From positions 8,556,001 through 8,620,000 of the forward strand of contig JBHGNT010000018.1 in the NCBI GenBank assembly GCA_043228905.1: DNA of 64,000 nucleotides, read 5' to 3'. The notes beneath the pieces were generated by a model. That model had not been told where the DNA came from. It did no database searches and worked only from the letters and a program-made list of their open reading frames with translations. Of this stretch, positions 44,401 through 56,304 are shown in pieces (position 1 is the first letter of the stretch; each line of letters begins with the position of its first letter). The translations under genes and the position numbers were made by a program. Source of the stretch: Azolla caroliniana. Taxonomy: Eukaryota > Plantae > Polypodiophyta.

Positions 44401-44651
44401 TAGCTCTCTTCTCGAACCCTATCAAGACAACACCATTCCAAATCGTATTACACCACCTCCACCCCCGATCACGCTTGAAAGAGGATGGGAGTATGAAGTT
44501 GCTACCATCATCAATTCCAAGATTGTTCGCAACAAGCTCTACTATTTGGTCGATTGGCTAAGCTATAGTCCTAGCGAGCATACTAGGGAACCCGTCGAGA
44601 ATGTAGCAAATGCTCGAGCTCTTATTGATGATTTTGATCGAAAATATCCCA
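41492..44651 (+). mobile_element. Degenerate Tcn1-like chromovirus (5' LTR 41492-41901, self-priming PBS, gag/pol relics, chromodomain; 3' LTR missing here)
   Basis: PBS TTGAACCGAATT (41903-41914) pairs with AATTTGGTTCAA (41715-41726). CLYCGELGH, LGLPWFELHNP, YLDDLL, YLVDWLSY; many stops and deletions. Confidence 0.88.
41497..41572 (-). promoter_or_regulatory. tRNA-like A-box/B-box module in LTR U3, antisense to element (best-preserved copy)
   Basis: Consensus A box TAGCTCAATGG (41566-41556) with D-stem GCTC/GGGC. B box GGTTCAAATCC (41523-41513); ends ...GCCATACCA; spacing 43. Confidence 0.75.
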
Positions 44652-44682
44652 TAGGTCATATTTAACCTCTGAATACGATAAT

Positions 44683-44686
<4 letters not shown>

Positions 44687-44759
<73 letters not shown>
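44687..44759. repeat. (CT)n microsatellite
   Basis: ~36 TC units. Other SSRs at ~9250, ~34550, ~35000 and (TACA)n at ~46270. Confidence 0.95.
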
Positions 44760-44761
<2 letters not shown>

Positions 44762-45379
44762 AGTAGCACTTAAGTGGTTAATACATGTTTAAGGATAATT
44801 ACTCCCAATTAATATAACAAGACCTAGATTAAGACTCTAAACTCTAGGTTTTACAAGAAAAATTCTCTTTACAAAATAGAGTTTCCAACACAATTACAAA
44901 ATAATTACATTGGTGATTATAAGAAGTTTTTATAATGATGATAACGAAGCTAGACTAGTTAAGCTAGCAATAAGGATCCAAGCTTCATGGTCTTCGACCA
45001 ACTCACCTGCGATCAACGGGTACGCCATCCCTTGTTGATGTGGCACATTCATGCAACTTCAAGCTTCATTCCTTAATCTATTACGACAAGTTTTTCCCTT
45101 CCTCTCTATTTTCTACCTTTGGACACACCATATTACGACAAGTTTAGAGGAGAGTTTTTCTACTTTATTAGAGTTGCACAAGAATGCATGTACTAGAAGT
45201 GATGGTCTAACAAGGTTGTTCATTGAAAAGTATTGGTCTTGGATTGGGCTTGGTGTCACTATTGCATTTAATAGGTTCGTTTTACGGGTTCTATGCCACT
45301 TGATTAGTCAAGAGTTTTAATTTTTGTGATCCCTAAAGGGAATAGTCAGCTAGAAGATAGTGTTAAGTGGCAACTGAGC

Positions 45380-46090
45380 TAATAAGTTACAAGGATATTT
45401 TTTGCTCTAATTCAAGGGTCTCAAACTAGTTTTGTTAAATATAGGAATATTTTGGATAACATTTTTATTTTTTGGGAAGTAGGTGCATTGGTAGAGGAAT
45501 CATGTTCAAAGACGTCGCTATTTTTCTATTAGATTTTGAGAAGGCAAGGTCTTAGATTTCATTTTCAGGAAAATGGGTTTTCTAAGGAATGCATTTGAGT
45601 TCCAACAATGTACACTCGGGATGTTAGTTCGGTGGTGGACCCCGAGACGAGAGCAAAGGTCCTAAAGGCTTATGGCAAGGTAGATTGGAAGCTCTTACAT
45701 GTCATTTTGAGGAAAATGGGTTTTCTAAGGAATGGATGTGTGGAGTTCCAACAATGTGCACTCATGACAATAGTTCAATGGTGGTATCCGAGGGCAAACG
45801 TCCTAAATTTGCATTATCTTGATCGATTCATCAAGGGTGCTCAATGGCACCTTATTTGTTCCTTGTTTTAGTTGATGTTATGGTCTATGGTTTTACCATA
45901 AAACATATGCTCCATTGGTATTAATAAAAAGCCCGGAGGCAGTTATGGTCTATGGTTTTGAGTTCTAACACTAATTATTAGGGGGAAACCTTTGCCATTT
46001 GGTCAATTATTGCTTGATGCATTGATGAATTGTAGTTGTTTTCTCAAGATTCTAGAGCTAGAGATAATTGGAATAAATTGATTGCTTTTT
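45380..46090 (+). pseudogene. LINE (L1-like) reverse transcriptase fragments
   Basis: QTSFVKYRNILDNIF...LLDFEKA, AYGKVDWKLL...LRKMGF, QGCSMAPYLFL in broken frames. Confidence 0.65.
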
Positions 46091-47959
46091 GTGTTAGTGA
46101 GAAGCAATTGTCATGTTGGCATGTGAAACTTGAGGGGGACCAATTGATGAGATCAAAGTGCTCATAATATGTCCCCCTCACACTTGCTCACTTTTGGGAA
46201 TTGAAATTTTTTCCCCAATATTTTGGAGGGGTTGCATTATGTTGAAGTACATATGTAAGGGTGTGCATACATACATACATACATACATACATACATAATA
46301 TATACCTACATACATACATACATATAGATTTTTATTTTTTTATTTTGTGTTTGTGTGAGCTTATGTGAAAGAAGATCAATGTATATGATTCAGTTTACAC
46401 GTGTAAATGTGTTTATGTGCATACATTCTAGAGAATAAGAATCGGTAGATTGTGTGATATGTGGTTGTCTATAGGCATTTTTGTTTACATATGTATTAAT
46501 GTGTGTGCACATTGTATGTATTATTGTTCATGTATGAGTATTTGAGTGTATGTGTGATTCAATGTGTGTTTAAATTTTATTACGCCAATGTATATGCTTG
46601 ATTGAAAGTAATTACGTATGTGTTTGTTTACACATAATCTTGAAGATAAATATGTGAATGTGGATATAAAGTATATATAAATGTATGTGAAATTTCATGT
46701 GTAAATTTGTTGGTAACATTAGGGGTAGAATTTTGATTTATGTATCTATTTTGTAAAGGTTGTGTAGGGAAAACGGGAAAAACAAAGGTGAATATAAAGA
46801 GTTGGATTTCGGGGGGGAGTCACAACTAGGTACAAATGATGTGGTTGGTGGCATTAGCTGATGTCACCTACAAATGTTGATTGCTACTGGTGTCAAAGGT
46901 ACGGGCAACAATGTCCACAGGCAATAGACACAACAATAGTAGATGACTTTGACGAGAGGTGGCACAAAGACAACTGCAACGTCTATTGCGTTGTTGTCGA
47001 AGTAGATGAGGGCACCTTAAATTCAAGTTCAGAGCTCAAATCTTGAGCTTCCCTCGATGCCTTTCCATATAGCATCAAAGAAACTTCTTCAAACACAAGG
47101 GATCTTTTCCTCAAATCCAACGAAGCCCCTTCACACATGACATTTCAGGAACTTTCCTCAAACAAGGAATTTGTTGGAATGCCATGTTACACTCAAGGAA
47201 TTTCCTCGACGTTGACATGGCTATGAGAACTTAAATTTCATCAAGAACAACAAATTTGTCCTTTCCATTGGACATCGTTTGGTGGACAGAACTTTGACTT
47301 CGGTTGGCGTATTGTTAAGAAATTTCTCATATCCTCGTAACTTTTCTTTTAGTGATCAGAATCATGATCCAAAAATTTGGTCAAAGGCATCAAGGTGAAT
47401 TCTTCATGCGGATGTGACAAACCTTCCAGTGCAATAAGTCAAAGATACATTTTTTGTCCATTTAGCAACAAAATCACATCTACACATCATTCTCGAAATT
47501 TAAAACTAAAAAGTTCGACATGATCCTTGTTTAGTTATGAGTAACATCATATAATAGGTTCCTATATAATTATCAAAAAAGAAAAATACATCAAAGGCTC
47601 ATGAAATTGATTCAAATACAACGAGCTAAGACTTGACTCCATTACATGGAGTGGTTCGATTCTAAGTAGATGAGAAAGAAAATTTTAGAATATGAAGACA
47701 CTTCAAGAGGACATCCTTCAGTTTAGGCTAAACAAACCTAGGAGCCAATGACTTCTTCCAAAAAAGGATCTACTTTCCCATTAGTTAAAAGAGATTTTTA
47801 CAGAAAAACTATACAAGTATATAAGTCGGGGAATCACCCCTCGATCGAGTTTAAGAATATGAGACTATGTACATATCCTCTCTTACTTTCTACTTAATTA
47901 AGTAGGTCTTTAGAGCTACAAACTAGTCACAATCATCGTCGACCAGTACAAACCCAATC

Positions 47960-48900
47960 CTCTGGCCTTCAACGCAGGGAGGGTGGAAGGTGAGTAGGAA
48001 ACAACCAACGTGGGGGCTGGTAGTTCCATCTCAAGCCGTTTCCTCCTTGCGTCACCATCGGTGTGTTTCTCCATTTTTGCGAAAAACGTAAGTGGGTAGT
48101 TACCACATCCAAATCTCCCCAAAACGAGGGGATGTGTTCTTCAAGCCTCTCACAAAATGGGTCTTGACAAGTTGCAGGTAGTTTCCCCGAAACTACCTGC
48201 ATTGAAGGCATTTGTCCAACTATCAACCGAGGGAATGATCCAAGCAGTTGCATTCCACGATGTTGTCCCTTACTCTTCCCATGCAGTTAGGAGGCGAGTC
48301 ACCATGTACTTGAGGGCAATCCCATAAACAGTGTCTTAGAATCTCGATAGGTGCAGAACAGAGTGGACAAGCTATCAAACCTCCTTGTTTACCTAGCCAT
48401 TCGTCAACGTGGACCACATTATGGCCAATCTGCCACAAAAATAGCTTGATCTTTTCAGGCACGTGGAGATGTCAAAGACTCTTCCAAACGGTACCGAGCA
48501 CCTTGTCAGAGATGCCCAACGTTCGTCAGCCATTGCGTAGGGGACTTCCGGCTTCATTTGTATAGCTCGGCCCAATTTAGTGTTGTAATTGAAGAAGTGG
48601 TGTACACTGCCATTGCGTTTCCACCTGAAATCCTTTGGTTCATTCTAGTTATGCGAGGGGGCGATTATCGTAGACCCATAACTTCCAATGGGTTTCCACC
48701 TTAGCAATGTCAATGTGCATCTTCTAGTTGTTGTCATCCAACGCCACCATGCTAATCGGTTGCCAAGTGCCACTACTTTGGTTCTCCCCAAATAATGTAG
48801 CCCTCCAAATCCAATCATGCCCTTCAGCATATTAACCGTTCCAACCTCATCAAAGAGACCGGGCCATGTATCTCCTCTCGCATCCCCCATGTGAACCCTG
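47960..48900 (-). pseudogene. LINE ORF2 C-terminal zf-RVT fragment
   Basis: PEKIKLFLWQIGHN...CPLCSAPIEILRHCLWDCP is a CCHC zf-RVT signature. Confidence 0.7.
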
Positions 48901-48909
48901 TCAACTACC

Positions 48910-49570
48910 TAGCAATGGATCTGATTTCGGTTCAAACCAAACCGAACCGTTAAACCATGGTTTAAAGGTTTATAAGTCCCAAAATAATTAAATGGTTTGG
49001 TTTGGTTTTAATTATTAATAGACAGTTTGGTTCTGAAACTGGGGTTTATCAGTTTATAGGTTTAAAGGTTTATAGTGTTTTGGGCTAATTTTTTTTATCC
49101 CTTAAATGTTTATGTAATTTAATCGTTTAATTAATGTTTTTTATTGATTTAATTCACTTAACTTAAATATTTATTTAATCTAATGGCTTAATTAAATATA
49201 ATATAAACATAATTAATGTTTTTTATTGATTTAATTCACTAAAGTTAATTTAATTTAATTAATTAATTAATTAATTAATTAATTAAACATAAATTCTTAT
49301 TTAATTTAGTGTATTTTTATTAATTTAATTTTTTAATTAGTTTGGCTTTAATGTGCTTAGGTTTAAACTTTATATTAAATGGCTTGGTTTGGTTTCAACT
49401 TTTCCCTAAACGGTTTTGATTAAAATAGTTTGGTTTACCTTTTCTTAAATGGTTTGGTTTAATTTCTTGAAAGTTCATAAATAGTTTGGTTTGGTTTTTG
49501 TTTTATATAGATGGTTTGGTTTAGTTCGGTTTGGTTTCAAGGCAAAGAAACCGAACCGGGCCCAACGCTA
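48910..49570. mobile_element. hAT-type MITE / non-autonomous element
   Basis: Imperfect TIRs TAGCAATGG...TTCGGTT / AACCGAACCGGGCCCAACGCTA. 8-bp TSD CAACTACC/CAACTGCC, subterminal AAACC/GGTTT repeats, (TTAA)n core. Confidence 0.75.
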
Positions 49571-51031
49571 CAACTGCCTTTGCTATCAATCTCCGCATTT
49601 TCTTAGCTCCCTTGAGGGGAGGGACTAGGTCCTCCATCACCCCTCTTGGAGCCACTGTGTGTCTCCAAACTTTTGCCCTCTTGATTTGCAATCCTGAGCT
49701 TGAGTATAATTTCAGTAGAGCTTCTACCTAGAACTCAATTTACCCTCTCTTTAATAATTGAAAACAATGCGGAAATCTGGATACACAATCGGCCTAGCTG
49801 AATTGGACCACAACAATGGGCAAACAAGATAAAAACAACAAACACAAAGATGGTTGCACAGAGAGTGAGAGAGAGGGAAGAGAAAATCAAAGACCAGAAT
49901 TGTATTACTAAAAACAATCAGTTAGTTACATCGGTGCTCAATGAGCCTTTATATACCTAACCCTAGAATGCCCTAATAAGATAATGGGCTTTCATATGTA
50001 CAAGGGGTTGAGCTTGCTATCTCAACACTCCCCCTCAAGCTCAAGTTTCAACCTCTTCGGTCGTCCAACCCTTAGGGACCTTTCCTACCAATTTGTTCCT
50101 TCGCCTTATTCGTCTGCTTTGGCTTTCTTGGCTTTGGTTCTTGGCCATCGGCCCTTTTTCAATTGCCTTGGATCATCTTGATCCTCTTAGCTCCTTTGTG
50201 CCCTTTTGGCTCTAGTCCTTCTCTATCCTCCTCTGCCTCCTCCTCAATGATTCCACCCCTCAAGTAAGGCATATCAAGATGACGCAAGCCGAGCATTTCA
50301 GCGCCTTCGTGAAGATGTCGGCCGCTTGAAGATCGGTCTAAACGAATCGTAATTCAACATCACCACTGAGGACACACTCGCGCACAAAATGATAGTGCAC
50401 CTCGATGTGCTTTGTGCGAGTATGAATGATAGGGTTCTTGGCAAGTTGGATATTTCTCAAGTTGTCACAATAAATAGGAATCGAATCGGCGACCTCAACA
50501 TGTAAATCTTGTAGTAGCCTCTTTAGCCAAAGGGCCTCGCACATTGCTACAACTACCCCTCTAGACTCCGCTTCTATGCTAGAAAGCACCACAGTCGGCT
50601 ACTTCTTATGGCACTAGGAGATTTCCATGCTCCCTATGGAGAACATGAAGCCTGATGTTGAGTGGCAATCGGTTGCATCTCAGGCCCAATCAGCATCTCT
50701 ATAGCCGACTAGTTGTTTGGCAACACCATATCTGTACAAGAGGCCACGATCAAGAGTGTTCATGACATATCTCAATATTTGATGTGCGCATTACATGTGT
50801 TCATTTGTCAGCTTCTACATGAACTGATTGATCAAGCCGATGGAATAACTCAGATCCGGTCGAGTGATCGTTAGATAGATCCGGCTTTGGACAATTTGAT
50901 GGAAGCACACTTCATCACATGTCGATCCCGAATTGTGTTGAAACTTCTAGTTGTGATCGAGGGGAGTCAAAATGGCTCGACATTCTATCATATCAAATTT
51001 GAACAGAATCATCAAGAAATAGAGACGTTGA

Positions 51032-51571
51032 TGTTGGGAAATCGGTCCCTCCGGATGGGATTCAGTTATGAATGAAGAGGACCCGATGAGAACCGAAAGA
51101 GATCCGAAAACTGGATCAGATGGACCCGGTGAGAACCAGAAGAGAAGACATACTTGTAAATATGTTTTTGAGTAAGCCTATTGAGGCTATATTTGTAAAT
51201 AGCCCTAAGTTCATATAAGTATAAATATGACTTAGGGCAATCACTCTGTGTGTTGGTAGTTGTTGTCATATTTTGTATGTGTATAACTGTTGTATAGAGA
51301 GAGTGAGAGAGAGAGATACAAATCGATACTCTGTTGTAACTACCGCTCGGCGAAGAAACAGAGCTCGAGGTCGTTGCCTCCGAGTCTCTGATTGTACCTT
51401 TCTCATATAGTGATAGTTTGGAGTCTGTGGGCTCCTGTGGTTTTTTACCCTATTAGGGTTTTCCACGTAAATATTCTGTGTACTCTCTACTTCCCATTTC
51501 TGTGTTTCATTCCTATTTCTGTGATTCAAGACTCGGTTGTGGCCAAGCAATATTCCGCGCTATTCTTCACA
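51032..51571 (+). repeat. Copia solo LTR (family of 59785-60541)
   Basis: TGTTGGGAAA...TTCACA with flanks GTTGA/GTTGT. Shares internal motifs with 59785-60541. Confidence 0.75.
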
Positions 51572-53608
51572 GTTGTGTCAATAGGATGCCATCAGATGTG
51601 TGGATCACTTCAATCCGGAGGAAGTAATGAATTGTCCCCAAATCCTTCATCTCAAAGGAAATCGACAACTAAGTTTGGACATGGATGACTTCGGATAGGT
51701 CGGCCCCTGTGATAACCAAGTCATCCACATACAATGGGATGCATATCGGACTTGTTTAACCTTTTCCGATAAACAAGGAGGTGTCGGAATGAGAGGTCTT
51801 AAACCCTATTTTCCACAAATACTGCGTAATCTTTGAGTCCCAAGCTCTTCGAGCCAGGTTGAGTCCATAACAAGACTTCTTCAGCTGACACACTACGAAA
51901 TCATGGGGGTTGTGCCATGTACATTGTTTCCGCAAGGTCACCTTGGAGGAAAGCATTCTTCACATCCATCTGGTGAATATGTCACCCTTTTGCCGTTGTG
52001 ATAGCCAAAGCCACATGAACCGTCATCATCTTTGTGACTTGCACAAAGGTCTCATCATAATCGATTCCATGAGTTTATGTGTAACCTTTACCCACGAATC
52101 TAGCTTTGAACCTTCTAACCGAACCGTCACCATTGTACTTGATATTGTAAATCCACCTGCATCCGATCAGTTTGGAATGTTTGGGTGGGTCAACCAAGTC
52201 CTAGGTGTCATTTATGGCTAACACTCGCATTTCTTTCTCCATGGCTTCGTGCCACTTGGCATCCTGTACGTCTTCTACAAAGCTTTCCAGCTCACGTATC
52301 GAAGCTACCTTCATCATGTACACATAGTTATGTGCCATGTACTCGTTATATCTGTAGCGGATTACATGGGTCTTGTGGCGTGACGATTGGTGAAGCTTCT
52401 CATACGCCGACTTAATGGCCCTTCTGGCCGGATTAGACCTCAAATCTGAGGGTCCTTTGTCACTGCCCAACAAATTGTCTGATTCACTTTGATTAGATGC
52501 TTCTTCATTGTTTCCATATTGGAGCATTTTCAACTTCCCTTTATCACAGCATGTTAACCTCGTCTTAGGAGGAACCACAACCCATTCCTCTTCACTCATC
52601 AGTTGGTTGTGTTTGCTCGACTCTTCTAGTGGCCCACTCAGCAAAAATGAGATTGGACATTCTTCTTGAAGTCTGAGGTCTGCCTCAACCGAGCCAGCTA
52701 TATTGTCCTACTCATTAGAGTTTGGCTCTAAATGCACAAGAGTGGCATTGTCTAGGGTTGAAGGCCATGAGGCTTGTTAGTCACAGACTTACGCGTACCT
52801 CTCAGGTTTGAGGATTATAGAACTTATACCCCTTTTGTGCATGTGAGTAGTCAAGTAGTGTGCATTTTTCGGCTTTTGCATCGAGTTTCTTCCTTTTCTC
52901 TTTTGGCACATGCACATATGCAATGCTTCCAAAGACCCTTATGTGTGCCATATTCGGCTTGCGCTCGAAGTATAAATCATGTGGAGTCACTTGTGCTCCT
53001 CTAGCCGGTGTCTAATTTAGCAAATAAACTATGGTGCTAACCGCTTCGACCCAATAGCTTTTCGGCATATACTTTTCTTCAAGCATTGTTCGTGCAGCGT
53101 CAACTATCATACGGTCCTTTCTCTCGGCCACACCATTCTATTGTGGCATATACCTGCATGACAATTCTCTTTGAGTTCCCTCATTTTGTAGATACCCAAA
53201 GAACTGGCCGGAGAAGTACGCCTTTTCATTGCCTGATCGCAAGCACTTGATTTTTCTATCAATCTCCCACACAATTAAGCTCTTCAGCTTCAAGAAATAA
53301 GAGAATACCTCACCCTTCCTCTCTATCAGAAAGATCCATGTGTGCCTAGAGAAGTTGTCAATAAACAAGATGAAGTACTACTACCTCCTAAGCTTATGAT
53401 GTGTATTGGTCCCTAGACATCCGAATGGATCAAATCAAGTTTGTTGCTGCTTCAATTGCGCTCATTGGAAAATGGAAGCCAATGTTGCTTTCCAAGCTGA
53501 CATGCTTCACAAGTTTTGCTATTTTGGCCACTAAATTTCTACAAACCGAATACAACTTGCTTTGATAGCATGTATTGGAGTTTCGGGAAGTTGATGTGGC
53601 TGAACCGT

Positions 53609-54764
53609 TGTCGTGTGAATCTTCTCACATTATGTAAAAAATAATAATAATACAATAAGTACTTTATATTAGCTTAATGGCATGTTATAGAAGATGGATG
53701 TTTGAGAAGATAGGGAAAATAGAACTATTATTTATCCCACATAGATAGGGAACTTAAGGCCCTGGCTATATAAGCACCTTGAGACCCTCATTTTTATTTG
53801 TGCTAAGAGCACTTTGGCCACTTTGTCTTGATGGATGATGGTGGCCAAGTTCCCAAAAGTCGGAATCGAGCCGGCAAGCAAAATCGGAACCAGGTCGGCA
53901 AACAAAAATTGGAACTGGGCTGGCAAGCAAAACTGGAACTAGGACAGCAAGCAAAACCGGAACGGGGTTGGAAAGCAAAACCGGAAATTGGCCGGTAAGC
54001 AAAACCGGATCCGGCGGCAGAGTCGGCGAGGCAGCGGTAATTGGCGATCGGATGAGGTTGGACGCAAACAGAACGGATAAAAGGATCATGTGGCTAATTA
54101 AACAAAGGTAAAAGAGACTAAAGTAAAGGTCATGTGGACAGCCGCATGCAACTAAAAGAAAAAGCCATGCAACTAAAAATAGATGCAACTAAAAGAAGAA
54201 ATTATGCAACTAAAAGTAGAGGCCATGCAACAAAAAGTAGACATGCATATGAGCAACGGGGAACTCCATATATATTCCGTTTTTTTTCCTATACTCATCC
54301 TCTCTCTCCATTATTTTCTTTTCCTTCTCAGCTCTCTTATCTTATCAAAGCCATATCTTACTCATAACCCTAAATTTCCATACGGAAGCTATTCAACTCA
54401 TAAAACCATAATCTCTTATCAAAGCCAAAAACCCTAATTTTCTATAGATTTCATATCTTAATTTCCTCTTATCTATTACTCTAGTAATCTCCATTAACTA
54501 AATTTTTTGTAATCTCAATCTTGAGATTGATTGTAATTTTTCTTTCCCTTTATTAATGAAATTTGTGAATCTTTCTCATTTTCCATTAATTGTTTAATAT
54601 AAGCATACGAATTTGATATCTTCCGGTTGGAGGCCCCGGGGTCTTGCCTCAAAGTTCATGTGTCCTCATTGTATTTTCGTGACATCTTTGGTGAACCCGA
54701 CGTGAATCGAGGCGGCAAGAGGATATCTCATGGAGGCACGTGTCCTCGTCATATTTTCGCAACA
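53609..54764 (+). mobile_element. Near-solo gypsy LTR (53609-54684) + tRNA-Trp PBS + terminal ~30 bp of the second LTR
   Basis: TGTCG start; ...GTGTCCTCATTGTATTTTCGTGACA. 22-nt Trp PBS TGGTGAACCCGACGTGAATCGA (54689-54710), then the repeat GTGTCCTCGTCATATTTTCGCAACA. Splits the copia LWHK/RFSHI motif. Internal 23-bp and ATGCAACTAAAA tandem repeats. Confidence 0.75.
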
Positions 54765-55326
54765 CTGCTTGTGCCACAAGTTGATATTTGATTCAACTTT
54801 CTGTCCCTTGGCATACATAATGAGGCCGACATCATTGGTGTCTAGTATGAACATTCATCCTTCCTTGCATCCTCGTTCAATTATGCAATCGCCATTTTCA
54901 ATGAAGCATCCATCCGATTGAATCGCACTTGTATACCTTGGTTGACAATCTGTCCGACCGACACCACATTCTTGGTGATTGTCAGCACATGCAAGACGTT
55001 CTTCATACATCATCTCTGACCGACATGACTCAAAGGGACATCTCTAATGTGGTCGATTGTGTGGATGGTGTCGTCACCAATCTTCATGAACCCCGGTTGC
55101 TCAAGCTTCTTCAAAGTTGTGAACCATTCTTCATGGTTCGTCATGTGGTTAGAAGCTCCTGAGTCGACGAAGCACACCTCTCCCTATGTTGAGGTGCTTC
55201 CTTCCATTGAATTGGCATGATGTTGTATTCGGCCTCTGTCCATTATAGTCGTCATTGGGGCGAGCCTTGTCATTCCTACGCGGTTCTTTTTTACAATTAG
55301 CATTGATTGTAAGTCGAAGAATGAGT

Positions 55327-56070
55327 ACCTGGCTTCTCTCTCATGCATATAACCATTCAGAATGATCCAAACCGTTGTGCTAGACCTCCTAGACATACCT
55401 ACACCATTTCATCTTCATCCACTGGTACCTTGATGGAGCCTAATGAGTCGCAAATTTCCTTGATTTTTGGAGGCATAATCAGCCACCGACATGTCCTTCT
55501 GTCATATGCTATTGAACTCCTACCTTAGTTGTAGCTTCCTGTCCTTAGTGTCGGTGGCGAAAATATTCTTCAAATTTTCCTAAGCCGCTTTTGACATCTT
55601 TGCACCTCTGATTTAGCCCAGCATTTGGTTGTGCACACAAGATGCAAGGCAGTAAAGCACTCTCCTTGTTGCCTATTCCCAAGTTGGGAAGTCCTTGAGG
55701 ACCTGGCTTCGCTTTCATGCATATAACCATTCAGAATGATCCAAACCGTTGCGCTATACCTCCTAGACATACCTACACCATTTCATCTTCATCCACTGGT
55801 ACCTTGATGGAGCCTAATGAGTCGCAAATTTCCTTGATTTTGGAGGCATAATCAGCCACAAACATGTCCTTCTGTCGTATGTTATTGAACTCCTACCTTA
55901 GTTGTAGCTTCCTGTCCTTAGTGTCGGTGGCGAAAATCTTCTTCAAATTTTCCTAAGCCGCTTTTGACATCTTTGCATCTCTGATTTAGCCCAGCATTTG
56001 GTTGTGCACACAGGATGCAAGGCAGTAAAGCACTCTCCTTGTTGCCTATTCCCAAGTTGGGAAGTCCTTG
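55327..56070. repeat. ~374-bp tandem duplication within copia gag
   Basis: ACCTGGCTTC...CATGCATATAACCATTCAG occurs at 55327 and 55701. Confidence 0.9.
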
Positions 56071-56239
56071 CGTGTCGGCTCTAGTGCTACTTCATTCACT
56101 CCCTCAATATAACTCCAGTATCCATGCCCAAGCAAGTACAGGTGCAACTTATACTGCCAAGATGCGTAGTTGTTGCGTTGGAACTTCTCAGTCGGCAGTG
56201 TGCTTCCCATGCTCCTTGGGATGGATATGACAACAGTCA

Positions 56240-56304
56240 TGTCATGATTCGAACTCTTGACCTACTGTATTTAATCGATATGTTTTAACCAATACATCCA
56301 CTAC
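56240..56304 (-). promoter_or_regulatory. tRNA-like A-box/B-box module at the LTR 5' tip, antisense to element
   Basis: TGGATGTATTGG 56300-56289, AGGTCAAGAGTTCGAATCA (B box 56255-56245); spacing 45. Confidence 0.6.

Larger units (their letters stand above)
49850..56235 (-). mobile_element. Degenerate Ty1/copia element with several nested insertions
   Basis: gag MGSTLPTEKFQRNNYASWQYK, IN FIDNFSRHTW...KIKCLRS, RT LKKSCYGL, RH IYCDN...TKHIEVHYHFVRE. PPT TTGAGGGGGAG near 50030. Boundaries approximate. Confidence 0.8.

Noticed and set aside
53665-53700. TAGCTTAATGG A-box-like motif in the 53609 LTR
   Set aside because: No B box at the expected distance and it is in sense orientation. Not counted.
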